From Octopus vulgaris (Eukaryota), in contig OX597828.1 of NCBI GenBank assembly GCA_951406725.2, positions 62,310,001 to 62,374,000 of the forward strand: 64,000 bases of DNA. Reading direction: 5' to 3'. Under the pieces are notes generated by a model. The model saw nothing but the letters and a program-made list of their open reading frames with translations, searched no databases and was not told the origin of the DNA. Position numbers and translations under genes: made by a program. Of this stretch, positions 39,046 to 54,158 are shown in pieces (the stretch's first letter is position 1; every line of letters begins with the position of its first letter).

Positions 39046-40443
39046 TTAAGACAATTGAAATCCTTTTGACTTTTTGAAAACTTAAGATTAAGATAATTCA
39101 GAGTTGCTTCATCCAAGTCCAACAAAGATTATCTAATTGCGCATAAATGATGCAAAATACGCCTCAAGATGGCTGAAAGCGACGATATAGAAGTGGGGGG
39201 GGAGATGTGGAGGAAGAGGCGAAAAGAGTGGCAAAGGGAGGAGAGGGGGGAAAGAGGAGAAAAGAGTGGCAAAGGGGGGAGAGGGGGATTATCAGTGAGG
39301 ATTGAGGAAGGGGTTGAAGATGTGAGTTTTCGTTGGATAAGTCATACGACAGGCGATAGATGATAGACGTGTGAAGGGGAACGAGGGGGAAATGACGGAG
39401 AGAAATGATGCGGGTGGAAATGGTGAAACATTGGCAAATGTCGAAAGAAAATTCGCAAGTAAGAGATGTAAAAGCTGGTAAGGCGCTAAACTGATAAAAT
39501 GATTTAGAGATATTAAGAATAATTCAAAATATTTAAGATAAAGGCGCACAACTTAAAATACATTCTATAAACGATGTTTTCCAAAAAGTAGTTCTAAATC
39601 TAAATCTAGTTAATGTGATTGAAATTGTGAAGTCTATCTCTCTTATAGATAGGGATTAGATTAAATATGAAAGTACATTTAGGTTTAGGATTTTATCTAA
39701 TTTTAAAGATTTAAAGATTATTTCTATGGCTATCATTATTATTACTGTTGTATATTTTTGTTATTGTTGTTATTAATTTATAATTTTGTTTTCATTACTT
39801 TTATAATTATAAGATTTGTTAAAAAATGTCTTCTTAGTTACCCCAAACCCCACACTTTACGAACGACTCACGTAATCTGAACCCATTAAATAGTTAAACA
39901 GTGATACCATCTTCGACAAAGAAACATTACGTAGCAATGCTACACGTTGCCGTCTGAACGATCGGGGATAGCGGAATATAAAACTAACAACACACACACA
40001 CAAAAGATGAAGGATCCTTCCCGAGCCCTTGGCTCATAATCCTTTAAGCATTCAGATTACTCTGTCAAATGTAATCCTTATCTATTCATATATTTTTTTA
40101 ATTGATCATGCATTATTTCGATGATGTGGTTGTACATTGTAGAACAGGTTTGAGAGGCCGGAACGAGCCAGTTTGAATATAAAACAGACAAAATATTTGG
40201 GCCAGAGAAGGCTGCTTTAAATGCCGAAGAGATAAAGCAGGTTTCTCGGTTTTCGTGGCGCATAAATTCTCCACCTGGAGGCGACACCGGTCTGTCGCAT
40301 GATTGCACGCTTTTGCCAGCTTAGTGGACTGGGGCAACGTGAAATGAAGTGTTTTGCTCAAGGACACAAGGCACCACACTGGGAATTGAAACCACAATCT
40401 TAGATCATAACTGCAACATTTTAACATCTAAGCCACGTGCATC

Positions 40444-41441
40444 CACATACATACATACATACATACATACATACATACATACATACATACATACATACAT
40501 ACATGCTTGCATGCATGCATGCATGCATACATACATACATACACACAAAACCCATACATAAATACATACATGCATACATACATACATGCATACATACATA
40601 CATTCATACATACATACATACATGCATGCATGCATGCATACATACATACATACATACATACATACATACATACATACATGCATGCATGCATGCATACATA
40701 CATACATACATACATACACACAAAACACATACATAAATACATACATACATACATGCATGCATGCATGCATACATACATATATACATACACACATACATAC
40801 ATACATACATACATACATACAAACATACATACACACACACACACACACATACATACATACATACATACATACATACATACATACACACATGCATACACAC
40901 ATACATACATACATACATACATACATACATACAAACATACATACACACATACATACACACATACATACATACATACATACACACATTCATACACACATAC
41001 ATACATACATACAAACATACATACATACATGCATACATACACACATACATACACACACATACATACATACACACATACATACATACATACATACATACAC
41101 ACAAAACACATACATAAATACATACATACATACATGCATGCATGCATACATACATACATACACACATACATACACACATACATACATACATACATACATA
41201 CATACAAACATACATACACACATACATACACACATACATACACACTACATACACACATACATACATACATACATACACACATACATACAGACAAACATAC
41301 ATACATACATACATACATACATACACACATACATACACACATACATGCATACATACATACAAACATACATACACACATACATACATACATACATACATAC
41401 ATACACACATACATACACACATACATACATACATACATACA

Positions 41442-41473
<32 letters not shown>

Positions 41474-41638
41474 CACATACACACATACATACACACATAC
41501 ATACATACAAACATACATACATACATACACACATACATACACACATACATACATACATACATACATATATACATACATACATACATATATACATACATAC
41601 AAACATACATACATACATACATACAAACATACATACAC
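40444..41638. repeat. 1.2-kb compound (TACA)n array with CACA/TGCA/AACA variants
   Basis: Directly visible. Confidence 0.95.
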
Positions 41639-42112
41639 GTAAATGGCACGGTCCTTCTCAACTAACAACTAAACAGACTGGATGTTGACAGTAAAGTGTC
41701 TTCGTCATAAACACGGCACAGTGAATTCTACCTTATTGTGGTACCTACTTACAGCTAGACGGACTGAACTTTTGACATTGAAGTGACGATCATAATCTCA
41801 ATAAATGAATTATCTCCCCTGTCCTTTCTGCAAACAAATATGTCTACTTACTACGCATTTGACAGCTGAGTGCCTTCAATATTGACATGGTACTGTTAAC
41901 AATATACGACACCGTGGTTGTCCAGTTGGCAGTTAAGTTGTCTTGACCATGGATACAGTACAAGGAAGTCGATCCCATTGTGGTATCTATATACGGGTAT
42001 GAGACATTCTGTCGCAGTCGTTGTGACACCGCTTCTTTGGCGCCGCTGATCAACGCTGACTTATTCGATATCAGACGCTTTAATCTATCTATCTATCTGT
42101 CTATCTATCTCC

Positions 42113-42187
<75 letters not shown>

Positions 42188-42312
42188 TATCTATCTATCC
42201 TTTTAGCTGTCTGTTTATGCTTGTAAGCATATTTCAGTTTACGTGTATGAGGAGTGGGGAAATCTTCATATCAAAAGTGTTCAATAAATAAATTGCAATG
42301 TCTCTTTGTCCA

Positions 42313-42421
<109 letters not shown>

Positions 42422-45195
42422 CCACCAAAATGTTTTCTCACCAAAACAGCCTAAATATCCAGTCGGCCATGCCAAGTCGTTGGCACCCTAACGGCTGCGC
42501 CCCGTTGTCCCAGTCGGCATATTTACTGGTAGCTAAAGTGGACTGTTAACAGCTAAAAGTTCTGGTCATCGATACAGTACAGTGAACTACAGAACACTGT
42601 GACACCGACATACAACTAAATGGTGTGGACTGGACTATTAGCAGTTAAGTGCTATACCATATTGGTATTGCACCAATGTCTCTCACAGTAAAATACGTGC
42701 GTCGAACAAAACGTGCATCTTGTGCTAATTTAACACTCCAGGAAATTATATTTGTGCGTGTGTGTGTGTGTGTAGTGAGTGTACATGTATGGACGGATAC
42801 TGTGTCTATATACACACATATACATACAAACATATTTATGTCTGTGTTTGGTGTGTGTATGTATATGTATGTACTACATACGTATATGTTGTGCGTGTAT
42901 GTGTGTGTGTTTGTGTGTGTAATGTATGCATGGATGGATATTATAGACAAGGGCGTCGGCAAGGTTTCGAGCGGGTGGGTGTCAATTATAAAAATGTAGA
43001 CCACCATTAGCCGTCTAATTAGTGAAGAACACAAAATTAAAATAAATGTTATATATTAATTATATTTGTAAGGGGGCAGCGGCGAAGGGGGTGGGCGTCC
43101 GAACTTGTTGAAATATATGATACACACACACCACACACACACACATGCATGTATGTATGTATGTATTTGTGTGTGTGTATGTATGTATGTATGTGTGTGT
43201 GTGTATGTATGTATGTCTTTTGTGTGTATGTATGTATTTAAAATATAAAGACCCTTACAGATACACAAATACGCACAGTTATGCGTGTATGTGTGTGTGT
43301 GCATATGTGCGTATGTATGTATGTCTCTATATATGTATGTAGGTATCTCTCTATGCCTGTATGCTTATGTGTATTTGCAAACACATATACATATCTACGT
43401 CCGCACACGCACGCACGCACATATACACACACATGCACAAACACATACACACGCATACATACACACATGCATTATTACATACAAACTTACAAGCATGAAA
43501 GAATATATACTGCATGCATATATATATACACCCTCATACGTATACGCACACAAATATATATATACAGACTGATATATACACATACATATATGTACATGCA
43601 TATATACATACATACGAATATGTATACGTGTAAGCATACATACACACACACAAATATATTCATATATGCAAGTATGCATATATTCATAAACACATACATG
43701 TTTACATACAACCACACATACACAGATATTCATAAAAGTCATACACGTATACATACATACAAATATACATTCATACACACCATACGTATTTACATACATA
43801 TGCGCACACATATATACATGTATACATATACACACATACGAACACCCATACGCGCGCGCGCGCATTAGAGCACCACTGACATAAACACAGACCGAGAGAC
43901 ATATTTTAAATTAGGAATTAAGAAATGGTGCTATCCAAGAAATGTTCCCCTCATTTAACTGAGTAATTAATACTGCATAAGAAGAAAAAATGGGGGTTTG
44001 TGATTTCCTTAGTTTTCTTTCAGTATGAAGTTCGGTGGGGTGGGGTGGAGTTGATGGAGAACAGGATTTTGGTGGGATGAGGGCAGTGTGCGGTGAGTGA
44101 ACGACGATGTAGGGTAATGGCAGATCTTAGATATTTCAGCTTGCTGTGTAATTAGATATTCTGTTGCTTCAGAATTGAAAATTCCTTTTACCTGATGTAA
44201 TGTTAGCTTACTTTTCAAACATCATGGCAGCTTCTTACTGAACTGTGAGCCAACAGCCTCGTTCTCATCGTTCAACTGTTTACCTCGTTCCGGAAAAACC
44301 GACCTCGTTTTCTTCCACTGACATGCCTCTTCCTAAACAACACTGGCCTTCTAGTGAGAATTCAGCCTGCTACGATTCGATTTCTTAACTAATCCCGAGC
44401 TCTTTATTGACATGTCATCATCTCTCATCACCAACTTGCATGTATTTTCAAGGCTGAGTTGCCGCGTTCTCATCGCCCTACTTGCCCCTCTCCCGATAAC
44501 TGATCTTTTTCTTCTATAATTTGTTTTGTTCTAATCACTGATCTACTATATATACATACAAGCAAGCATACATGCATCTTTCCATACATGTGTGTGTGTG
44601 TACATATGAGTGCGTGGTGTGTGTGTGTGTGTGTATTATGCATGTATATGTGTGCAGATGTGTCGTCATAGCAATATTTTACTGGTTATGTCCTATAACT
44701 AATTAGAATGTTACTCTCGGTTTCGCACAGAATATTGCTTGTATGCAGTATTCCATATGAAACCGACGGTAACATTTTGACATCAGTTTTATGCCACAAC
44801 CATCATTATTTCATAATATACAAATATATCTGCTCTGTTCCATATTTTATTTCATGGCCGAGTGGTTAGGGTGTTGCACTCACGATCGCAACATCGTGTT
44901 TTCAGTTCCTAGACCGGGTGTTGTGTTGTGTTCTTTTCATCTCATGTTTCATCTTACGTTGCTGTACAATCACTTCGACGCCTGACACGTGGTATACCGT
45001 GTACCTGTTCAGGTAACGTCGATTTGACGGAGGGATTTGATCTCTATAAACAAATCATTTGTACGGGTCGTTCGGCAAAAGCCGAACCCTCATGCGTCGT
45101 CTTCGACGGGAGAGTCCATCATACACACACACAAACACTCACACACATACATACATAAATACATACATACATACATACATGCATACATACATATA

Positions 45196-45226
<31 letters not shown>

Positions 45227-45479
45227 GTGAATAGATGAACACGGGTGTGTGCGTCGACATTCAACCATTTCAACTACATATTTACAAACACCAGGAACTC
45301 TCTTAACTTGAGAAAAGTCTTGCATATTTTTACTGTATTCGTAATGTATGAATTAGCTAGTTGATATCTTTTTCTGAAAACCCCAGTTCTTCTAGAATGT
45401 ATTCAGGCATTTACTAACAAAACGAAGTGGGCTATTTATTATTGGTATAAATAGGAATTTATAATCAATGTACAGAAGC

Positions 45480-45880
45480 TGAAGGTTTCGAAGCATTTTC
45501 TGCAGTTATCCGTTGAGTTTTTCAATGGTAACAACTAAGATAGTAACCACTTTTGCCAAGTGCAGAGACTTTGTATCCACGAGTGGCGAATAGAGTCGAA
45601 TGCTTTCCTATAACCAAGCCTTACTGGTACAAGGTTTCTGCGGCGTTTTCTTACTTCAGGCAGCACAACATCTTTATCAAAATTTGTTCAGTACATCCCC
45701 ACACACCCTTCTTTGCACATGCCTTCTCAACAGTTTTGTCTTCTTGGACTCACAATGATTCTAGGAATTGGTTGAGACATTGTGCAAAGCTCTTGCATAA
45801 TGCATAGGCAAGGAATGGGTGTATGGTTTCCAGCCAACTCGATACTTTCATATTTGGCAACAACATTCGTCTGTCTTTTC
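45480..45880 (-). mobile_element. R4/Dong-like (RLE-type) LINE reverse-transcriptase fragment
   Basis: Minus strand PIPCLC..GVWGCTEQILI..RRNL..LGYRKAFDSIRHSWI (WIDYKKAFDSVPHSWI motif). Confidence 0.75.
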
Positions 45881-45989
45881 GAAAGCCATATTTTGATACA
45901 CTACATCCCACCTAGAAGGATAAACCTTAGCTAACCAGGAACAGGGGATAGCTACTAAATATTTGATAAACAGGAGAGACAAAGATACC

Positions 45990-46600
45990 ACCAACCCTCC
46001 ACGTGATAGAAAATGTCGGCTACGCTATACGAGTGTAAAAGATATTACCCACATCAGCAGCGAGATACTACCTGCCTCTGAGGCATGCTATAGTTGCAAA
46101 GGCTATTTAAAATACTACTTACAGGAAGGATTGCCCTAACGAATACATCAAAGGGGTGTCAGGACCAGAATGTATTCACATCTCTAAAAACATGGAATAC
46201 TAGTGAAATACTCCGATAAAAGCAGCATTCCGGTGCAAACGCAACGGAGCTGATATTGCTCTGAGGGACAGGGAACAAAAGTCGTGTATTGTTGGTGAAT
46301 TAATGCTTGACTTACAGCTCTTTTATCCTGACGATAAAATTTCATTTGAAACTCTCATCATATGTGCATTAGGCTATGAATCAACAGATTTAATGCAAAA
46401 ACCTAGAAGTTTTTTCGATGTAAGAGCAAAAGAAACCGACGCGGAATCTCCAAATCCAATCCATTGTCGGCACAGTGAAGATTTGTAAGACATTCCAAAG
46501 ACTATTCATCTGAGATTCTTTAACTGAATCTGTTGTGTGCATCGATAATTAATTCAACCAACACACTAACTCAACCACAAACATCAGGAATTCTCTCCAC
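45990..46600 (+). mobile_element. R4/Dong-like LINE CCHC and restriction-like endonuclease fragment
   Basis: RKCRLRYTSVKDITHISS..RYYLPLRHAIVAK..CKRNGADIALRDREQKSCIVGE (decayed CX2C..H..C, RHD and PD motifs). Confidence 0.7.
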
Positions 46601-46680
46601 TCGAAAAAAAAAGTCTTGTCGCTTTGTTAGCGACCGGCTTGAACTCTCTCTAGAACTAAAATAAATCTCAAAGGAAAACA

Positions 46681-46713
<33 letters not shown>

Positions 46714-47812
46714 ACACACACACAAACACACACACACATACATATACGCATATACGTACTGCTTCACATACATATGCACACACACACACACACACACACT
46801 GCTATTCAACACTTAACCAAGATGACACGATACACCACCCCTCACTCCTAAGAGGTGAGAGTAAACCAATTAAATGTGACAGAGTATATTTATCAAAAAA
46901 GACTTCCTGCCGAGCGATAGCTTGTCCTTACAGCTCTTTGTTCTCGGTTAAATCCATTGTTATACCTGTTCACAGAACATGGCGTTTACAGAAATGGATA
47001 CCTTCAATCTAGAAGCTTCTCCTATCTTTTCTCTACCGAAGACCTCAAGCGAAATGGGTCTAGGATTAATCACATCAAAAAGCAACTGGATCTTATTTAA
47101 TCAATATTCAACAGGCTTCGGAATGAAATGAGACCGAACGAGCAGTTGTTGTTGATGTTCTTGTTGTCATTGTCACCGTCGTCGTTGGCGCCTTTGTTGT
47201 TGTTGTTGTTTAAATCATCGTCATCGTCGCTGTCATTGTTGTTTTCTTTGTTGTCACCGTTGACGTTGTCATTGCGATAGTTCTTGATGTTCTTGTTGTC
47301 ATTTAGCCCCAGGTCAGCCTTCATTGTGTAGACCTAGGATCAAGATCATTCCTGTCTCCATCTTTTTTTCCTCAAAGGGTAATGGGACCCACAATCCCAT
47401 TATCTAAAACGCATCCTTTTCTAAGACGATGATTTGTGATGTGAAAGAGATTTGGCTGCTATTTCTAGCAGGATGACAGATCCACGTCATAATCCACTCA
47501 TTCACTCGTGCGTTTCTAATGGTAAAAGCCGAAGTAAACATAAAAAGGAAAGACCAAATAAGAATTACAGGTATCTTGGACAAAATGGGATTGTTAGGGG
47601 AATCCAGATTGTCTCACAATAGACCTGGGATTTTGTGGGGAGGGTGTTAGCCGATTACACCGAACCCAGTGCTCATCTGGTATTCATTCTATCGATCTTG
47701 AAACGTGGACAAGCGAAGTCGACTTCAGCGGAATTTGAACTCAATGTAAAGACAAACGAAACGCCACTACATAATTTGTCCCACACCGTAGCGATTCTAT
47801 CAGCGCACCGCC

Positions 47813-47852
<40 letters not shown>

Positions 47853-48737
47853 CAACAACAACTAGCTGGACCCAGGAAAAATTTCCGGAAAACAAAAAAT
47901 GTAAGCATCTGTAAACAATGTACTGGTGCCATGAGAAATGTTTGTATATTATGACCGTCTGTCTCTACGTTCTGAGTTCAAATTCTGCCGAGGTCGACAT
48001 TACCTTTCGTCCTTTTGGGGTCGATAAATTAAGTACCAGTTGTGTACTGGGGTCAATCTAATTAACTGCCCCCCTCTCTCCCCACAAAATTTTCAGGCAT
48101 AGAAAAGTATATTGTGACAGTTACAGAATATAGAAAGTAATGTAACACCAATGACTATATAATCCAACCAAAATATCTCAGTTACACAAATGTAAACGGA
48201 ATTACTTTTTAACCTTAGAATATATCGTAACCTTAATGTACAAATTGAAATGCAAAAGAACGAAATAATAAATGGATTTATGAATGAAAGTTTGGTAATT
48301 GCATTTATTTCTACCACGCGACACTTATTATTGCAAACATGTTTTAACTAACCTATACTATACACACACACAAATACATTCATATATATATATAGATCTC
48401 GAGTTGTAGCTGTAATTCATAGGGACCAGCCTTGTCATATTCTGTGTGAGACTGAATCTCCCTGAGAACTACGTTAATGTTATGCATGTCTGCGGAGTAC
48501 TCAGCCATTTGTGAGTTAATTTTATTGTCGTGTGGTAATGAAAAGTGAAATTGACATCCAATATTTGCTGTGCGTATGTATCTATTTATGAACTTTTCTT
48601 TGGATTTATGTATCTATTGTCTCTCCCACTTTCTCTCTTTCTCTTTCACTTCCTTTGTGTCCCTCTTCTCTCCCTGCTTTTGATTTAACAAATCAGGTAC
48701 GTATAAAAATAAAAAGCGTATTAATATTATTGATAAT

Positions 48738-48956
48738 TCAGGGACCTTTTGAGCAAGATAGGCTACTCGACCTGAAGAAAATTCTAACTAGGCCCCACCT
48801 GCGCTGTTTATCTTGATATGAGATCACTATGTCGCACACATATGGTTGTGATGCATGTGCTTCGTGTACCCTTATCAGACGGGTAGTCATGATAGTATTG
48901 GGCTTCGTATATTTTACCCGAGTGTCATTTTGATGACATGCACTGCACTCTCACTC

Positions 48957-49031
<75 letters not shown>

Positions 49032-49536
49032 TGATTGGAAGTGTTATCATGTACATTGTTTTGTCTTGGTATAAAAGATGGGCTACAGCAAATATTCTGC
49101 CCAATACCACAGATTTGCTTGTCAGTTGTTTGACCTTAACCAGTTGAGCATGTCCCTTAGTGGCTGACGATATGTGCATCTCTGATCACGAGCAGAAGTA
49201 GTGGGGGAGCATCATAGCCATGTGTTGAGAGGGATTCTTTGGGGTTTGAATAATTCACCTCTGGAAACATGGGTGGTTCTTTCAACATCCTTAAACAACC
49301 CTTTTCAGGGACCTTTTGAGCGGGATGGGCTACCCAACCTGAAGAAAATTCTAACTGGGCCCCACCTGCAAGGTCATGTGCTGTTTATCTTGATATGAGA
49401 TCACCATGTCGCGCACATATGGTTGTGATGCATGTTCCTGGTGTACCTTTATCAGACGGGTAGTCATGATGGGTATATTGGGCTTCGTATATTTTACCCC
49501 AGTGTCACTTTGATGGCATGCACTGCTCTCTCACTC
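48738..49536 (+). mobile_element. Two tandem 5'-truncated copies (48738-48956, 49031-49536) of an (AAT)n-terminated retroelement 3' region (family C)
   Basis: Shared 3' end CAGTGTCACTTTGATGGCATGCACTGCTCTCTCACTC-(AAT)n; also at 57411-57909 and 61688-61870. Confidence 0.85.
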
Positions 49537-49591
<55 letters not shown>

Positions 49592-49807
49592 TCTACTATA
49601 GGCACAAGGCCTGAAAATTTGGAGGGAAGGGGACTAGTCGATTACATCGAAACCAGTGTTTCACTGGTACTTATTTCATCGGCCCCGAAACAATGAGAGG
49701 CAAACTCGACCTCGGCGGAATTTGAACTCAGAACATAAAGACGGACGAAATGCCGTTAAGCATTTTCCCCGGCGTGCTAACGATTCTGCCAGTTCGCTGT
49801 CTTATAT

Positions 49808-49947
<140 letters not shown>

Positions 49948-50106
49948 AATAATTACACCAACAACACTAATAATAATGATTTCAAATTCTGACACAGAGC
50001 CTGAATTATTTGAGGGGAGGGGGAAGTCGATAACATCGATCCCCAGTACTTGAATGGTACTTCTTTTATCACTCCCGAAACTATGAAAGGAAGTGTCGAC
50101 GTCAGC

Positions 50107-50410
50107 AAGGCACGAGGCCAGCGGGGCACAAGGCCAGCGAGGCACAAGGCCAATGAGGCACAAGGTCAATGAGGCATAAGGCCAGCGAGGCACAAGGCCA
50201 GCGGGGCACAAGGCCAGCGAGGCACAAGGCCAGCGAGGCACAAGGCCAGCGAGGCACAAGGCCAGTGAGGCACAAGGCCAATGAGGCACAAGGTCAATGA
50301 GGCACAAGGCCAGCGAGGCGCAAGGCCAGCAGGGCACAAGGCCAATGAGGCACAAGGCCGGCGAGGCACAAGGCCGGCGAGGCACAAGGCCAGCGAGGCA
50401 CAAGGCCAGC
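50107..50410. repeat. 16-bp minisatellite, ~19 copies (GAGGCACAAGGCCAGC)
   Basis: Units read directly, with variants GGCCAAT/GGTCAAT. Confidence 0.92.
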
Positions 50411-50419
50411 TACTTTCAT

Positions 50420-51110
50420 CTCTCACAAACTCTCCATCATACATTGCGATTCTGGTCCAGCATATTTCTTTTTCTTCCATTCTAGTTGTTTTATTATCAT
50501 TCTTATCAATACTCCGCTGCCGTCCCTATTTCTCCATTGACTTTTACACCAACCAACAATGGTTCGGAACTATCAGCTAAATACCAGCCGACACTGCTCT
50601 CCTCTTTTCTTCCATATCCTCGCAACCGATCAACCTATTCTTCTTTTTGAATGTCACTCTCCGAATGGAATACTCCAAGAATTGTTTACAATTTCTTATC
50701 TTCCTTTTCGAGTTCTGGAATACTTCTTTATTCCTTATCAGTATCACTACTCCACACCTCATCCCTGATAACACCCATCTGTTTATTGCTAATATTATGT
50801 TTCTTCCATTTAATTTTCGCTTTATCTCCAATTTTAATTTTCTCTGATATTCTTTTCCACATAGTTCTTTCATTTCTCGCTCCTTGATCTTGTCTATTTT
50901 ATCAAATTCCTCCTTCATGTCCACGTCTAATACCCCTAACAACTTATATCCATTCTCAGGAATGTCTTTCGGTGCTTCACTGTCAAGTAACACAATTCCA
51001 TCACCTGATATCATCTTCTTTCTTTTCAGTATCAGAAAATTACACTTCTTTATTCTGAATTCCATTCCTATGTCGTTGTTGAGTAAATTAACACTTTTAA
51101 CTCAAGAATC
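50420..51110 (-). mobile_element. R4/Dong-like LINE RT C-terminal fragment
   Basis: DIGMEFRIKKC..GYKLLGVL..KLNGRNIILAINRW (GMEFG..KC, YKYLG and LN..N...AIN.W motifs). Confidence 0.8.
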
Positions 51111-52323
51111 TCCTGTGAAGTAGCTAGAATGTGAGCCATCCAGGGCAGCCCTTTATTTTGTCGCCCTCACCCACTCCGACCCCCAAGCCTATATAAAATT
51201 ATACATCAGACCCAAAAGTGCTGTCTCCATAAGAGCGTCACCTGGGGCAAACTGCCCCTCCGCCCCAACCTTGCCGCCTTGGCTTTCCACGTTTGTGAAC
51301 AAAAGAGGGTTGATTATAAACTGTATCTCTCCTCATTTATACCCACCTCATCACCGTCGCTATCATCCACGATACAAACAATGACGGCCGCATGTTATCA
51401 AATTGGAAGATTTCTTAGTCGAACTTCTCCAGTTAATCCGAACCCCTGCCCGGACCCTCTGACGTTGCCACTTCAGTCTTCCATTTTCTCATACTTGCTT
51501 CTGATGAAATCTTTTATGTCTTTGACATTCCGCTATCTAAGACAAAGTTACATATGATACGGTTTTCGCAATCCGTCTGCACCAACACTGAATTTGTATG
51601 TCCCTCCTTGCAATCTTTCTGCACTGATTTGTCCATCAACAATGAATATTTTTTTCATAACAGTTTTTACGACAATCTTTCAGTCTGTCACGAATTGTTT
51701 CTCGTTTCTTGGAAAGAAAAATACATATTTTCTACCATAATGCCACTCAGTAAACTATATGTATATAAATGGCAATTTCTGTTTGTCTGACTGGTACCAT
51801 CTTGGTGTCTAAACCGGCGAACCAATATTCACGAAACTTTACATACCTGTTACACTAACATCCAGTTCAATAATAGGCTAATTGGACTTCAATAAAAGTC
51901 TATAATGTGCCCCACTAGGGGCGTTGGGCTAATTATATGATAAAATGAGAAGGTTGCAAAAAGTATTAGTCTGAGGGAAAGGTAGTAACAGGGAGAAGGT
52001 GACTTATATCAGTGAAGGTCAAAACAGCGGTGATAATGGGATGTAACGTTACTACAGCCGTCATATACACGCGACGCTGCATACCTACTTTCGTAAATGC
52101 ATAGATACAACACACTCATACACACACACATACACACACACACATAAGCACACACAGAAAGCGGGGCATGAGGAATACGCAAAGAAGCAAACACACAAAC
52201 ACACACACACATACATACACTTATATATACAAATATACGTACATACATACATGTTTACTATACACCATTTTAAACTCGTGAATACCTATGTATATGTTTC
52301 TAGATGTGTGTATGTGTATGTGT

Positions 52324-52404
<81 letters not shown>

Positions 52405-53531
52405 TCTGTGTGTGTGTGTGTCTGTGTGTGTGTGTCACGTCCTATGTCTGTCTCCCTACTTTTGTAGGGTCTTCCCTGTTGTTGTCACATATTGTGAGAT
52501 TTTAAGATTATGTCAAAATTTCCAAATTTGGTATATTGAAATAATTTTCCACGTTAAATCCGATTTTCTTATTTATTTGTTCCAGAAAAGATGCAGAAAA
52601 AATGTTACTGAGGTTCAAAGTTTAATCAATTATACCTAATCAGAAAGCAAGATTTAGAAGCTGGCATTTTCAGCATGATAGCTGGTATTTTCTGCATGAT
52701 AGCTCTCTATCACGAAATGAAAGCAAAATCATTACGAGAAGGAATTTCTATTAAACAAACGAAAGCAAAGCATTACGACGACCAAAGTTGTAAGAACTTC
52801 TGAAGTTTCAATAAGTTTTAATGAATAAAGTCATGTAAAACGGTCGAACTGACATGTAAATATTTTGAAGAGGAAAAAATCCTCAATGAAGTTTTTTACG
52901 AAAAATTGCACAAATGTGTCTTGATTAAGAGTCCTATCTGTCGGTGAAGGCATGCTCTGACATGGAATAAACAAGAATTTATATATGACATTCTATTGTA
53001 AAAATTGCATGGCAGCGGTTGGCTATTCAGCTAGTTCCCTTATAAATAGAAGACACGATGCTGGGGAATATTTATCGGCTGCGTTTCCTTTTGCCGAGTT
53101 TTTTAAGCATCAGTGAGTTTTCTCATAAATCATCCATGGAGGGAACAGTTCTTTGCTACTCAAGATGCTAACTGTGGGAAATAACCAGTGTCCTACAACA
53201 AATTCAGGTCCCTATAGTTTCATGTTGGCGAATCTATAGCATTGTTTACGGAACGTAATTTGAAGTTTAACTCTTTTCCTGTTTTGATATTGCTTTAGCA
53301 TCCAGTCTTTTAGTTTCACGTTGTATACATTTCTTGTCCCCAAAACCTAAATGCCATTCCAAAATCTTTTCCTTATGCATCAAGAACCTCCCTCCCTTCA
53401 CATCTGATACTTCAATTTAACTCCTGGTTTAAGTTACCTTCTGGTCCCTACTGACTGAATATACAGTTTTGTCTCGACCGATTTATTCCTTGTTTATACA
53501 TATCTAGACTTAGCTGTTTTCGCAATCATTC

Positions 53532-53582
<51 letters not shown>

Positions 53583-53587
53583 CGTCG

Positions 53588-53622
<35 letters not shown>

Positions 53623-53624
53623 TT

Positions 53625-54010
53625 AATTCTCAGAGCTCTCAGCCTTACTCCGGTTGATTCTGTGGGGGCGGACAGCAACCCGTTGTCAGAGGACTTACAG
53701 AGTCTCTTTCCGCAAATTATAAGCTTCGGTACTTGGATGTTAACTTATCGTGGAAGACGCTCAACACCCAAGTGCCAATCTCAAAATCCTAGCTATCCCT
53801 AATAGAGCAGTTCTGGGGATCTGCTCGGCCCTCATGTCAATTCCAATTTCTCCAACATATTTCTTGAACCTGGTTCTTAGTGTTCCAAGTGCCCCTACAA
53901 CTGCTGGGATAACATTGCCCATATTCTTGCAATTTCCTCTTTTAGTACTCTGTAATTCTTCATCTTTTCCAGCTCTTTATCATCTCCGCGTGCATCCTCA
54001 GGTATGGCAA
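53625..54010 (-). mobile_element. R4/Dong-like LINE 3' end (RLE C-terminus plus 3'UTR) running into (GAT)n(AAT)n
   Basis: Minus strand IPAVVGALGT...RTALLGIARILR; the tail is the trinucleotide tract at 53533-53622. Confidence 0.8.
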
Positions 54011-54105
54011 TATCTATGATCTTCGTTTATCAACATTATTATTCAGGCAGTGATAAGGCTGTGATCTGGCAAAATCGCTAGAACACCGAGCAAAATGCTT
54101 AACAG

Positions 54106-54153
<48 letters not shown>

Positions 54154-54158
54154 AGGAA

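Noticed and set aside
40405-41688. 350-400 aa MYVC/HTYI ORFs, and the many YIYI/CVCV ORFs elsewhere
   Set aside because: Microsatellite read-through.
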